From Patescibacteria group bacterium (lineage in GTDB: Bacteria; Patescibacteriota; Patescibacteriia; Patescibacteriales; GWC2-42-12): a stretch of 64,000 nucleotides of DNA. The notes under the pieces were generated by a model that was given only the letters and a program-made list of their open reading frames with translations, was not told where the DNA came from and did not search any database. The stretch is taken from the NCBI GenBank assembly GCA_041662965.1, contig JBAZRI010000005.1, positions 6,166 through 70,165 on the forward strand. The letters run 5' to 3'. This document shows, one piece after another, positions 16,008 to 25,690 of this stretch. The translations under genes were made by a program, and so were the position numbers. Each line of letters begins with the position of its first letter. Position 1 is the first letter of the stretch.

Positions 16008-17747
16008 AGAGGAAATTGAGCTTTGCAATGACAATTTATATAAAGTAAAATCTTCGGTAACTTTGGCTACGGTTTCTATTTTTAAGCCGAAGGGCGGCAG
16101 TTTTCTGTTATTTAAATAATTAAAATCTTTCTCCGGAAAAGTAAAATTATAATAATAAACCGGCAGATATTGAGTTAAAACCGCGTATTCTTTTATCATA
16201 TTAGGGTCGTCAAACAAGCCGACGATCACTTTTCTGGCCGGAAATAACAGCTTATCATGATACTGGGTGACGATAACCGCTCTGGCTTCGGTTAAATTCA
16301 AAATTTGCTCGTATTCGGCGCGAACCGCCAGTTGCTTTTGCGCCGATTTTATCAGGCCTTCTTCCGAACCGAATAAAACAAACCTGATGGAAATAAAAAA
16401 TACCAATAAAATTATTAAGGCGCGCAGGCCGTAAATAAATATTTTTTTCTTGAAAATATTGGATAACTTCACTAAAAAAATAACGGCCAAAGGTATGGCG
16501 CCAAGATAAATCGGCAGCCAGTAGCGGGTATAGGAATTGCCGATGGTCCGGCTTTTAGGATCCGGATTGTCATGAAAATCCCAACTGCCGTAATAGGAAA
16601 TTAAAATCGCGGCCGCGGCGAATAAAGCCAATAAATAAACATAATGCTTTTTCCGCCATTTTTTTATTTTTGACAAGAGGAGCAGAAAGCCGAAAAACGC
16701 CGGCCAGAAAATCCAATAAAACATTTTAGCGAAATAAAAATACAGCATTTTCAGGCTTTTAAGCGGCTGATAGCCGAAGTGAAAAATATTATTTTTTATC
16801 TGCGTTAAATCGTTTTTAACCGCCCCGGAATTTATAGCCCCGATTTTTAAAATTTCCGAGCCGGCGCTGGCAATATTTAAGATAGACTGGTTCATTTCGT
16901 TATAGCCGCCGCGCCAAAATGATTGATAGAGTATTTTATTCCAATACATGGCCGGCGACAAAGCGAAAAATAAGCAGGCGATAAAAATCATAAGCTTGAT
17001 CAGGCCGAATTTTTTAATATTAAACAGCCAGATTACGAGCCAGACCGGAGCCAGCCAGATTAATTCAGAAGTCCGCGTTATTATAGTTAGGCCTAAAAAA
17101 GCGCCGCTTAAACCGGCGGCCAGATTCGGTAAAATACCGGCGGCGGCAGTCTTAACTTTATCCATATCCGGCTCGGCCTTTTTCTTTTTTACGGATATTA
17201 CGGCGAAATAAAGGCTGATGACAAGCAAGACAACGAACAGCACATTATGGAACATGCTGCGGGCGCTGTAATAAACCAAGGGCGGAAAAACGGCGAGAAC
17301 CAGCGCGGAAATTAAAGCGTTGCGTTTGCCGAAAATCTGCTTAATCAATAAATAATAAAAAATAATGCCTAAAGCGGCGAAAAACGGCGTGAGATACGGT
17401 AAAATTTTATAAGTGGTTAAGCCGGCGATCTTGCCGTAAATTAAAATAATGCCTAAAAAACTTACCGGCTTTAAGTAGCCGAAATCGCTTCTGACGCTGC
17501 GCGGATGCAGGATATCGGAAGACAGAATATTATATTTTTCATAAATCATCAGCTGGCCTTCCTGGGCGTAAAGTTTGGTAAAATTATAATTCGCCGATTC
17601 GTCCGGCGACAGCCATTTAACAAAATCTCCGGATTGCGTATAATAATTAAAGCTGGCCGTGCCGATGAAAAAACAAACCGCGGCCATAATTATAACAATT
17701 ATACGCCAGTATTTTTTCAGCCATTTTTTAAATACGCCCAATATCAT
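15939..17747 (-). CDS. GT-C-fold (family 39/ArnT/PMT-like) polytopic membrane glycosyltransferase, putative
   Basis: 602 aa with many hydrophobic segments, inside a glycosylation gene cluster. The C-terminal tail VIPASEPESRIESTG is repeat-derived. Confidence 0.5.
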   Translation of the reverse strand: MILGVFKKWLKKYWRIIVIIMAAVCFFIGTASFNYYTQSGDFVKWLSPDESANYNFTKLYAQEGQLMIYEKYNILSSDILHPRSVRSDFGYLKPVSFLGIILIYGKIAGLTTYKILPYLTPFFAALGIIFYYLLIKQIFGKRNALISALVLAVFPPLVYYSARSMFHNVLFVVLLVISLYFAVISVKKKKAEPDMDKVKTAAAGILPNLAAGLSGAFLGLTIITRTSELIWLAPVWLVIWLFNIKKFGLIKLMIFIACLFFALSPAMYWNKILYQSFWRGGYNEMNQSILNIASAGSEILKIGAINSGAVKNDLTQIKNNIFHFGYQPLKSLKMLYFYFAKMFYWIFWPAFFGFLLLLSKIKKWRKKHYVYLLALFAAAAILISYYGSWDFHDNPDPKSRTIGNSYTRYWLPIYLGAIPLAVIFLVKLSNIFKKKIFIYGLRALIILLVFFISIRFVLFGSEEGLIKSAQKQLAVRAEYEQILNLTEARAVIVTQYHDKLLFPARKVIVGLFDDPNMIKEYAVLTQYLPVYYYNFTFPEKDFNYLNNRKLPPFGLKIETVAKVTEDFTLYKLSLQSSISSVIPASEPESRIESTGVVSESIF

Positions 17748-17770
17748 ATATTTTTTTACATTGTTTCTAC

Positions 17771-17869
17771 TGTCATTGCGAGGAGCTTCAGCGACGAAGC
17801 AATCTCACGTACTCGGAATTTAACCAGAGATTGCTTCGTCGCCCCGAGTACGGGGCTTCTCGCAATGAC
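17771..17869. repeat. Inverted pair of family-1 units
   Basis: gtcattgcgag-gagcttcag-cgacgaagcaatctc ... gagattgcttcgtcg-ccccgagtacggggctt-ctcgcaatgac. Confidence 0.9.
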
Positions 17870-17877
17870 TATATATT

Positions 17878-18420
17878 TTACATTTCGTACAAATAAATCG
17901 GCAAATCTTTTTCGCTCGGCTTATCTGTTATTTTCGGCTGCCAATCATGCAATTTAAAAGAATAGGAAACAACTTTCGCGCCCGGCTTTAACTCTCGTTT
18001 AAGCTTTGAGCAAAATTTTTCATTTAAAACATGGGGCATGCCGAAAAAATAAACCGCGTCGGCCGAAGATAAATTTTCTTTATACAAATTTTTAAACTTA
18101 AATTCAATATTGCTTTGCTTATTTAAAGCCTGCCTTAACTTGCAGACTAAATATAGCGGCAAGGAAATTTCTAGGCCGATGGCTTTAACTTTATAATTAT
18201 TAGCCGCGTAAATTACAACTTTGCCGTCGCCGCAGCCTAAATCATAAAAAGTTTGCCCGGGACGCAAATCGGCTAACTTAAAAATTCTTTCTAAGTCGCG
18301 GCCGCGGCTCGGCACCCAGGGGGCGAATGACAAAACCGAAAAAATTAAGCTAAAACCGCAGACGATAATAAACAATAAAAAAGCCATGCTTAAGCTATAG
18401 AGAACGATGGAAATTATCAT
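17878..18420 (-). CDS. Class I SAM-dependent methyltransferase with N-terminal TM segment
   Basis: FYDLGCGDGKVVIYAA (motif I). Confidence 0.75.
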   Translation of the reverse strand: MIISIVLYSLSMAFLLFIIVCGFSLIFSVLSFAPWVPSRGRDLERIFKLADLRPGQTFYDLGCGDGKVVIYAANNYKVKAIGLEISLPLYLVCKLRQALNKQSNIEFKFKNLYKENLSSADAVYFFGMPHVLNEKFCSKLKRELKPGAKVVSYSFKLHDWQPKITDKPSEKDLPIYLYEM

Positions 18421-18444
18421 AAAGTGTGGTAAAATGAGAATATA

Positions 18445-20364
18445 ATGACTAACAAACTGTTAAATATCATTAATTCACTCTTGATATTAATCTGCCTTAT
18501 TTCAATATTTGGCGGCTTAATTTACCGTTTTTATTCGCTTAATAAGCTCGGCCTAATAATTAGCTTAATTTTAGCGGTTATTTCTTTTATTATTATACAA
18601 TATTTCCGCCTTTTAGCAAGCAAAAAAATCAGACGCCAAAAACCGGAGAAAATTAACGCCGATAAGTTTAAGTTAATTAATTTTATATTTTATGCTTTAT
18701 ATTTTATATTTATTTTATCCTGCTTCTATATTTTATTCAGCCATAGAACCGGCGCGGCCATAGTTTCCCCTTGGCAAGCGGCGCCAAAATATTTTTTTAT
18801 TGTTTATACCCTAGCGACCCTGTTATTAATCGGCAATGCGGTAATTAATAAAAAATTCGCCTTATGGCTCATAATGCTCCATTATTTTTTATCTTTTTCC
18901 GTAGCGCTGATAATTTATAAGCTGGGCTACGGCTATGACTCGTTCATTCACCAAGCCACGGAAAATTTAATTGATAAGACCGGCGCGGTAGATCCTAAGC
19001 CGTTTTACTATTTAGGCCAATACGCCTTAGTGGTAATTACTCATAAAATAACTACTCTGCCCATAATTTGGCTGGATAAGCTTCTCTTGCCCCTGCTCGC
19101 CGCTTTATTTTTGCCTTTAACTCTCTGGCGCGTTTTAAAATCATGGTTTGATTCTTTAAGCCTTAATTTAATATTAATTCTCGCCCTTCTAGCTTTAAGT
19201 TTTCCCTTTTTAATCGTTACCACGCCCCAAAATCTGGCGTATTTTTTATTGATTTTAGCGATTTTACTGGGATTAACTTGTAAAAATTCTCATGATTATT
19301 TAATTATCTTGCTTCTCTCGGCGGCCGCGGCCATAACTCATCCGGTCGCCGGCCTGCCGGCTTTGCTGTTTAGCGCGCTGTTAGCGGTCTATTACAGCGA
19401 TAATAAAATAAAAAAATATCTCTATCCCCTCTTAATCATAATTGCCATCGTTATTTTGCCGGCTTTGTTTTATTTTTTAAACAGAAACCTGGCCGCGGCC
19501 GCGCCGAGCGATAATTTAGCCCAAAGCGCGAATCAGCTGCAATTAAATATCCCGGGGCGGGAAAATTTTATTTTAAATTTTGCTTATCTTTACGGCTTTA
19601 ATCTGAAATTTATCTTTATTTTACTGGCCCTAAGCGGAATTTTTATCGCTTATAAGCATAAAGAGCAATGTAAAATTTTATGGCTTTATTTTTCTCTGTC
19701 CGCCGCTTTATTCATGTCGTATTTAATTACGGCTAAACTGCCGTTCGCCTTTTTAATAAATTATGAAAGAGACGACTATCCGCAGAGGATATTGCTGGCC
19801 GCGGTTCTGTTCCTTTTGCCTTTCTTTATCCTCTCTATTTACGCCATGCTGGAAAAAATCGCCAAGCAAAATACTTTTATTATTTTAAGTTTCTCGGTGT
19901 TTTTATCTTTGCTGATTAGCGCTTCTTTATACATAACCTATCCGCGCTACGATAATTATTTTAATTCCCGCGGCTATTCGGTTTCGGCCGCGGATATTAA
20001 AGCCGTGGATTTCATTAATAACGATGCAAAGTCGGATTTTATAGTTTTAGCCAACCAGCAAGTAGGCGCGGCCGCTTTAAGCCGCTACGGCTTTAAAAAA
20101 TATTACGGAACCGATCAAATTTTTTATTACCCGATCCCGACCAGCTCGCCGCTTTACGGGTATTATCTGGACATGGTATATAAAAAACCCAGCCGCGAAA
20201 CAATGTCCGCGGCCATGGCTTTAGCCGGCGTTGATGAAGGCTATTTTGTTTTGAACAGATATTGGTGGGCTTTCACTAAAATTTTAGACGAAGCAAAATT
20301 ATCCGCCGATAGCTGGCAAGTAATTAACAACGGCGAAGCGGTTGTGTTTAAGTATGAGAGATAA
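18445..20364 (+). CDS. Polytopic membrane protein with C-terminal soluble domain (possible GT-C/polymerase-like), function unknown
   Basis: 639 aa with 12 or more hydrophobic segments, in the envelope cluster context. Confidence 0.55.
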   Translation: MTNKLLNIINSLLILICLISIFGGLIYRFYSLNKLGLIISLILAVISFIIIQYFRLLASKKIRRQKPEKINADKFKLINFIFYALYFIFILSCFYILFSHRTGAAIVSPWQAAPKYFFIVYTLATLLLIGNAVINKKFALWLIMLHYFLSFSVALIIYKLGYGYDSFIHQATENLIDKTGAVDPKPFYYLGQYALVVITHKITTLPIIWLDKLLLPLLAALFLPLTLWRVLKSWFDSLSLNLILILALLALSFPFLIVTTPQNLAYFLLILAILLGLTCKNSHDYLIILLLSAAAAITHPVAGLPALLFSALLAVYYSDNKIKKYLYPLLIIIAIVILPALFYFLNRNLAAAAPSDNLAQSANQLQLNIPGRENFILNFAYLYGFNLKFIFILLALSGIFIAYKHKEQCKILWLYFSLSAALFMSYLITAKLPFAFLINYERDDYPQRILLAAVLFLLPFFILSIYAMLEKIAKQNTFIILSFSVFLSLLISASLYITYPRYDNYFNSRGYSVSAADIKAVDFINNDAKSDFIVLANQQVGAAALSRYGFKKYYGTDQIFYYPIPTSSPLYGYYLDMVYKKPSRETMSAAMALAGVDEGYFVLNRYWWAFTKILDEAKLSADSWQVINNGEAVVFKYER

Positions 20365-20455
20365 GTATATATTGACTTTTTATTTATTTTATGCAATATT
20401 AATATATTCAACTATTCAACGTTGTTTATAAATCAATAAAAAGGAGGAAAAAAAC

Positions 20456-20710
20456 ATGTATGCGTTGGGAAACATTAAAAAATTTGTAGAAGATAACCCA
20501 CAATTAGGGGAAGAGCGTATTAAAGGAATTCTTGAACGCGCTGAAGCAGTGTCATTTAATAATGTTATCTCCGGAGATTCAGTTGAGGCTATTATGCAAG
20601 ACGATGTTCTCGCTGCCAAGTTTAGTTATATCGTCATGAGCGAACCTGAACATATGAAAATTGTCCTTTCAATTTTCGGCGCCACTCGCTTGGCCTCGCG
20701 CGTAGAATAA
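20456..20710 (+). CDS. Small hypothetical protein (SD-led)
   Basis: 84 aa. AGGAGG 8 nt upstream of the ATG and a strong terminator downstream. Confidence 0.6.
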   Translation: MYALGNIKKFVEDNPQLGEERIKGILERAEAVSFNNVISGDSVEAIMQDDVLAAKFSYIVMSEPEHMKIVLSIFGATRLASRVE

Positions 20711-20738
20711 TTGAAGCTGATATGTGTTTTGTAACCAA

Positions 20739-20784
20739 AAAGCCTGTACAAAATGTTCTCGAAACATTTTGCTCAGGCTTTTTT
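20739..20784 (+). terminator. Intrinsic terminator
   Basis: aaagcctgtacaaaatgttctcgaaacattttgctcaggcttttttaaaaaa: a long hairpin plus a T-run. Confidence 0.8.
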
Positions 20785-20806
20785 AAAAAACTTCATTTGT
20801 TTATTT

Positions 20807-21967
20807 TCACTTTATAATCTTCCCTAACTCCTTAATATAATCTTCAACCTTAAAATCCAAAGCTTTTTGCCGGCCGGCTTGGGCTAAATCGCCCAAGCTA
20901 TTTTTATTCTCAATCAGCCAAATCATTTTTTCAGCTAGACTATCGGCGTCCGCCGGCTTAAACAAAATGCCGGCGTTTTGGTTTAATAATTCTGGTATAC
21001 CGCCCAGGTCGCTCGCCAGCACCGGTAACCCAGCTACTAGCGCCCGCTGAATCGCGTTAGGGCAGTTTTCATAAACTAAAGACGGATAAACCAGGCAATC
21101 AGCCGCGCCAAGCAATTTATCAGCCGCTGACTCGCCCGGCCAGCCTAAAAATTTAATATTATTATTTTTGACCGCCTTGGCGCGCGCCTGCTTAATCCGC
21201 GAACCGTCGCCGGCTAAAACCAGCTCAACTTCCGGATATTTTTCTTTAATTTTATTAAAAGCATCTATCAATAAAAACACGCCTTTGTGTTTTTCAATTT
21301 GGCCTAAAAATAAAAAAATAAAATTACCGGAGCGCTTGCTCACCTGTTCCGGCACAATTTCCACAGGATTAGGCAAAACCTCAATTTTTGCCTGCGCAAA
21401 AAAATTTCTTTTTATGTATAAATCTTTAAGCCAGCGCGAAGGGAAGATAACGGCCGGCGCCGGCGCAAATAATTTACCGCACACGCTTGAATAAACTTTA
21501 GCGAAAAAACTATTTATCATCCCCTCCTCCCCGTAATACATTAAGCCGGACGGATGGATTAGCTGAATATCATGCGCGATATGCAAATATTTTATTTTTA
21601 AACTTTTAACCGCTAACGGCGTTAAAAATCCTATACCCATTAAATTATTAGTTATAACGGCCTCGCATTTTTCCGCCGCCAAAATCTTTTTAATTTTAAA
21701 ATAACCGCTAAAATTAAATAGATTCCAAATCTGCCAAAAAAAACGCAAAAATTTAGGCAGTTTGTTTAAATTATAATATAAGCTGTTTAAATAATAAATT
21801 CGTAATTTTGAATCCGCGATCGGCAATTCCTTGTCGCGCGGCCTCGTCGTAATTATAAAAACATCATGTCCGGCTTTAATCAAGCCCTGAATTATAATTT
21901 CCGAGACTTTTTCCGCGCCGCCGCGGTTAAAGGGCTTATATAAATTATTTATTAAACAAATTTTCAT
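20807..21967 (-). CDS. Glycosyltransferase family 4
   Basis: MKICLINNLYKPFNRGGAEK...; C-terminal GT4-like LVAGLPVLASDLGGIPELL. The track N-terminal extension (LRSASFTSRND) is repeat-derived, so the start was moved. Confidence 0.8.
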   Translation of the reverse strand: MKICLINNLYKPFNRGGAEKVSEIIIQGLIKAGHDVFIITTRPRDKELPIADSKLRIYYLNSLYYNLNKLPKFLRFFWQIWNLFNFSGYFKIKKILAAEKCEAVITNNLMGIGFLTPLAVKSLKIKYLHIAHDIQLIHPSGLMYYGEEGMINSFFAKVYSSVCGKLFAPAPAVIFPSRWLKDLYIKRNFFAQAKIEVLPNPVEIVPEQVSKRSGNFIFLFLGQIEKHKGVFLLIDAFNKIKEKYPEVELVLAGDGSRIKQARAKAVKNNNIKFLGWPGESAADKLLGAADCLVYPSLVYENCPNAIQRALVAGLPVLASDLGGIPELLNQNAGILFKPADADSLAEKMIWLIENKNSLGDLAQAGRQKALDFKVEDYIKELGKIIK

Positions 21968-21975
21968 AAGTATAT

Positions 21976-22149
21976 TGTCATTGCGAGAAGTGAATGAAGC
22001 GGAGCGTAATGAGCGACGAAGCAATCTCTGGTTTAATGGCGTGTGCGTGGATTTTTACCAGAGATTGCTTCGTCGCTGAAGCTCCTCGCAATGACAAATT
22101 AAATTTAAATTTAAAAAATGCACAAACCTGCCTACCGGCAGGCAGGTTT
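21976..22149. repeat. Inverted pair of family-1 units plus a cctgcc...ggcagg hairpin module
   Basis: gtcattgcgag...cgacgaagcaatctctgg / ccagagattgcttcgtcgctgaagctcctcgcaatgac; aaacctgcctaccggcaggcaggttt (22124..22149). Confidence 0.9.
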
Positions 22150-22244
22150 CGCCTAAGCGGTAAAATAATTTTATCAGAATAGCGTTTCAAACAAATTTTC
22201 ATAATGTTTAAATCGCACGGCTTAGCGGATAATATTTTACAGCA

Positions 22245-23414
22245 TCATACTTTCGGGCTGTATTTTACATAATGATAAATAGAATCCAATCTTTTGCCGA
22301 CCTTTTCCCAAGTATATTTACTCTCTACTAATTCTCTGCCGGCCCGGCCCATGGCTTCGGCTAATTTTTTATCGCTTAAAATAGTTTTTATTTTATTGGC
22401 CAAGTCATTAATGTCCCCGGGCTTAACCAATAAACCCTCTCGGCCATTTTTAAAGACGCTTCTGACTCCGGGCAAATTTGAAGTAATCACCGGAGTGGAG
22501 CAAGCCATCGCCTCAAGCAGAACTAGGCCGAATGCTTCTCCTTTATTAATCGACGGCAGAACCAGGCAGTCGCAATAATTATAAAAATTAACCAGCTTGC
22601 TGTTATCAACACTATCATAAAACTTAACGTTGTCTTCAATGCCTAAATTTTTCGCGCAATTTTTATAATAAAGCAATAAATTCCCCCGCCCGATCACATT
22701 TAAAATAATCGGCTTTGACCGCGAACTTTTAATAATAGCGGCCGTTGCTTTGAGCAAATTTTCCAAACCTTTAAAATAATGGGCGTCGTCCAAACCGCCG
22801 ACGAATAAAATAATTTTATTTTGCCGCTGTTCATTTATATTATCGCGGTAAGTGACAAATTGTTCAAGATTAACTCCGAATAATATTTTTCTGAATTTCT
22901 CCGGCTTGGCTTTGTAATATTTTCTTAAATCAGAATGTTTGACGTAATCAAGCGAAGCGCAGGTAATAATCTTCGCCGCCCTGATCATCAATGGCAAAAC
23001 TAAAATTTTATATAAATAAAAAACAGCGCCCTTGAATCCTCCGGCGCTCGAATCCATGTGATAATGCAGCATTAATTTCATTTTACGGCCCAGCAATAAT
23101 TTTATCAGGAGTATTGGCATAAGCGCTCCGTAAAACGGATAATGCAAATGGACTATGTCAAAATTTTTCAATTTCCAAAAAAGCTGGGGTATGAAAGCGG
23201 CATTGCCGTATTTAAACAGCGGCCTTAAGCGTTCAACCACGAATTTACCTTCATGGCGGTCAAATTCATCTTCGTTTTTTTTATAATTATAATTAGGAGT
23301 AAAAACCGTTACTTTATACCCTAAATCAGCCAGGCTTTCTGAAATATTATAAACACTATTGCCGATGCCGCCCCGGTATGGCGGAAAAGTGCAAGTTATT
23401 TGCGCAATTTTCAT
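22245..23414 (-). CDS. Glycosyltransferase family 4
   Basis: GEAFGLVLLEAMACSTPVITSNLPG. Confidence 0.85.
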   Translation of the reverse strand: MKIAQITCTFPPYRGGIGNSVYNISESLADLGYKVTVFTPNYNYKKNEDEFDRHEGKFVVERLRPLFKYGNAAFIPQLFWKLKNFDIVHLHYPFYGALMPILLIKLLLGRKMKLMLHYHMDSSAGGFKGAVFYLYKILVLPLMIRAAKIITCASLDYVKHSDLRKYYKAKPEKFRKILFGVNLEQFVTYRDNINEQRQNKIILFVGGLDDAHYFKGLENLLKATAAIIKSSRSKPIILNVIGRGNLLLYYKNCAKNLGIEDNVKFYDSVDNSKLVNFYNYCDCLVLPSINKGEAFGLVLLEAMACSTPVITSNLPGVRSVFKNGREGLLVKPGDINDLANKIKTILSDKKLAEAMGRAGRELVESKYTWEKVGKRLDSIYHYVKYSPKV

Positions 23415-23443
23415 AGATTAAACGCTAATTTACAAATATTAAA

Positions 23444-23788
23444 CTAATTATCTTTATTATTCGCGTTATTATCTTTTAAAGCAATATTTTGCACGACTTT
23501 AGTAATATCCTTTTCAATTTTTTCCAATTTTAGCCTTAAGCGGAAAACAAAATAAAATAGCACGGCCACGCTTAAATATAATAAGACTTCAATGCCCGAG
23601 CCGCTAAAGCCCAGCCCGGCCACTAATTTATCGAGAAATTTCAAAGAAATTATTAAAACTGCAGCTAAAATCCAAAAAATAAGCCAAAATAAAAATTCAT
23701 TTATGCCGATATAATTTTTTTGTTTTTGCCAATAAAGCCGGGCGAGAAAAAAAGCGATGATTATAAGCGCGATTGTTTGTTGCAGCAT
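23444..23788 (-). CDS. DUF2304-like small membrane protein
   Basis: 114 aa with 3-4 TM segments, immediately downstream of a GT2 gene, as is typical for this family (from memory). Confidence 0.55.
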   Translation of the reverse strand: MLQQTIALIIIAFFLARLYWQKQKNYIGINEFLFWLIFWILAAVLIISLKFLDKLVAGLGFSGSGIEVLLYLSVAVLFYFVFRLRLKLEKIEKDITKVVQNIALKDNNANNKDN

Positions 23789-23832
23789 AAAATTAATATA
23801 ATTAATATAATATTTTACAGCTTTGTAAAATT

Positions 23833-24501
23833 CTAATTGACCAGCATGGCGATAAACAAATCTTTTAGAATTTTCAGGCCGCCGGAAAAACTTTGCCCGA
23901 AATTATGGTAAATGACTTTAATGGGTATTTCTTTAACTTTAAAATTATTCTTTTTTACTTCAAACATTATCTCCGAGCAATGCGCCATCCGATCCTGCTT
24001 CCAGCTGATTCTACGCGCCGCCTCGGCCGACATCGCTCTGAAACCGCTTTGCGGGTCAGTCAAATTTACATTAAAAAATACTTTATTAACCGCTTTAGCC
24101 AAAGGCATAATAAAATATTTTTTGAAAAAAGGCATGCCTAAGCTGTGCTCGGCGTTAAGAAAGCGCGAACCGAAAACAACTTGCGCTCTGCCGTCTTTAA
24201 TCGGCGCCGCGATGCGTTCTATATCTTGGCTTAAAAACTGGCCATCGGCGTCAAAATGGACGATTATATCGGCGCCATTGTTTAAGCAATACTTAGTTCC
24301 GGTTCTTAAGGCCGCGCCTTGCCCGCGGTTTATTATATGCTTAAGCAAAACCGCGCCGGCCCGCGCGGCTAAATCAGCCGTCCGATCGCTTGAGCCGTCG
24401 TCAACAATCACTAGCCTATCAACCAGCGGACGTACCTGGTTAATTATTGTTATTATGTTTTTTTCTTCATTGAACGCCGGAATGACACAAAAAATCTTCA
24501 T
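23833..24501 (-). CDS. Glycosyltransferase family 2 (polyprenol-phosphate sugar transferase-like)
   Basis: VIPAFNEEKNI, IVDDGSSDRT, FDADGQ. Confidence 0.85.
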   Translation of the reverse strand: MKIFCVIPAFNEEKNIITIINQVRPLVDRLVIVDDGSSDRTADLAARAGAVLLKHIINRGQGAALRTGTKYCLNNGADIIVHFDADGQFLSQDIERIAAPIKDGRAQVVFGSRFLNAEHSLGMPFFKKYFIMPLAKAVNKVFFNVNLTDPQSGFRAMSAEAARRISWKQDRMAHCSEIMFEVKKNNFKVKEIPIKVIYHNFGQSFSGGLKILKDLFIAMLVN

Positions 24502-24525
24502 AAATAATTATATTAGCACCTCATG

Positions 24526-24624
24526 TTTGGGCTAAATTTATAAAATTTTCGTGCGAGGACTGTTTGAGCCCAAGTAATCTTGGGTGAGTTCCGAGAGGAG
24601 AAAATTTTATAAATTTAGCCCAAA
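24526..24624. repeat. Rod-like hairpin element, family 2, copy 1
   Basis: Perfect 25-bp arms tttgggctaaatttataaaattttc / gaaaattttataaatttagcccaaa. Cores gtgcgaggactgtttgag and gagttccgagaggag. Apical hairpin cccaag-taat-cttggg. Confidence 0.9.
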
Positions 24625-24643
24625 CTATATGTCGTAAATTTTT

Positions 24644-25657
24644 TTATATTACAGTTTTTAAACCTTTGCTGGCCCGTAAATCATCAATGGTTTTTTTCAG
24701 GCCGTTTTCCAAAGTAACAATCGGCATCCAGCCCAGCTCTTCCCGCGCCCTGGTTATGTCAGGCAAGCATAATTCGCTGATAAATAAATTTTTCTCCGCG
24801 TAGGTTATTTTGGACTTTGAATCTAAAATTTTTATAATCATTTCACAAATTTTTTCCAATTTCATATCAACGTCCGAACCGATATTAACCGGGCCTAAAA
24901 TATGGCTATCCATTAATTTTACGCAAGCATCAACGCAATCGCTGATATAGCAAAGCGAACTGGAAAAATTTTTATCGCCCGGAATAACCAGATCTGAATT
25001 TTCCAAAGCGCTGTTTATGAAATCCGGAATTAGATTGCCTTCATTTAATTTCATTCTAGGCCCGTAAACGCGGAATAAGCGGATTACCTTTGAATCAATA
25101 TTATGAACTTGGCGATAATTTTCCACCATGGTTTCAGAGAATCTTTTGCCTTCGTCATACGAACTTCTTTGAGAAAGAAAGTCAACTTTGCCGATTTCGC
25201 TTTCTCTGATTCTCTTCTGGCTGTCCAGCCTTGGACCGTAAACCACGGAGGAAGAAAAATGCATAATTTTCGCCTTATAGCGGACCGCTAAATCCAGCAT
25301 ATTCTTTAGGCCGTAAGACGAAGCTAAAATAGTCTGAATTTTATTTTTATCAAAATTCTTAGGCGAAGTCGGGCAAGCTAAATTATAAATTTCCTGGACG
25401 CCTTGAAATTCTATTTTAAATTTTTGCAACTCCGATAATTTTTCCAAATCAATCGGTTCGGCAATATCATGCTTTATAAATTCAAAATTAGGGTCGGAAA
25501 GCAGATGGTCAATATTCCTTTCGTCGCCGGTGGAAAAATTATCAAGGCAAATTACTTTGTTATTTTCTAAAAGGCGGTCGCATAAATGCGAGCCGATAAA
25601 GCCGGCGCCGCCGGCCACTAAAACGTTTTTTTTGTCAAAAATTGCTCTTTTGCTCAT
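24644..25657 (-). CDS. NAD-dependent epimerase/dehydratase, UDP-glucuronate decarboxylase (UXS)-like
   Basis: VLVAGGAGFIGSHL; YDEGKR catalytic region. Confidence 0.8.
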   Translation of the reverse strand: MSKRAIFDKKNVLVAGGAGFIGSHLCDRLLENNKVICLDNFSTGDERNIDHLLSDPNFEFIKHDIAEPIDLEKLSELQKFKIEFQGVQEIYNLACPTSPKNFDKNKIQTILASSYGLKNMLDLAVRYKAKIMHFSSSVVYGPRLDSQKRIRESEIGKVDFLSQRSSYDEGKRFSETMVENYRQVHNIDSKVIRLFRVYGPRMKLNEGNLIPDFINSALENSDLVIPGDKNFSSSLCYISDCVDACVKLMDSHILGPVNIGSDVDMKLEKICEMIIKILDSKSKITYAEKNLFISELCLPDITRAREELGWMPIVTLENGLKKTIDDLRASKGLKTVI

Positions 25658-25690
25658 ATATTTTATTTAATAAATTATATTTTTAAAAAA

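Noticed and set aside
17505-17957. ORFs spanning intergenic repeat clusters (17505..17957, 21978..22202, 21994..22182, 9449..9634, 12337..12573)
   Set aside because: Their sequences are translations of the palindromic repeat modules (…VIARSFSDEAIS…CFVAPSTGLLAMT…). Both strands give similar peptides, which is what inverted repeats produce, not genes.
23912-24535. Long plus-strand ORFs lying antisense inside minus-strand genes (for example 23912..24535 at 207 aa, 6473..6910, 47638..48087, 50173..50679, 7392..7727, 27228..27641)
   Set aside because: Each lies entirely within a minus-strand gene with clear family motifs. Their translations are low-complexity (Ser/Leu/Pro/Ala-rich) mirror frames with no start signals or recognisable motifs.
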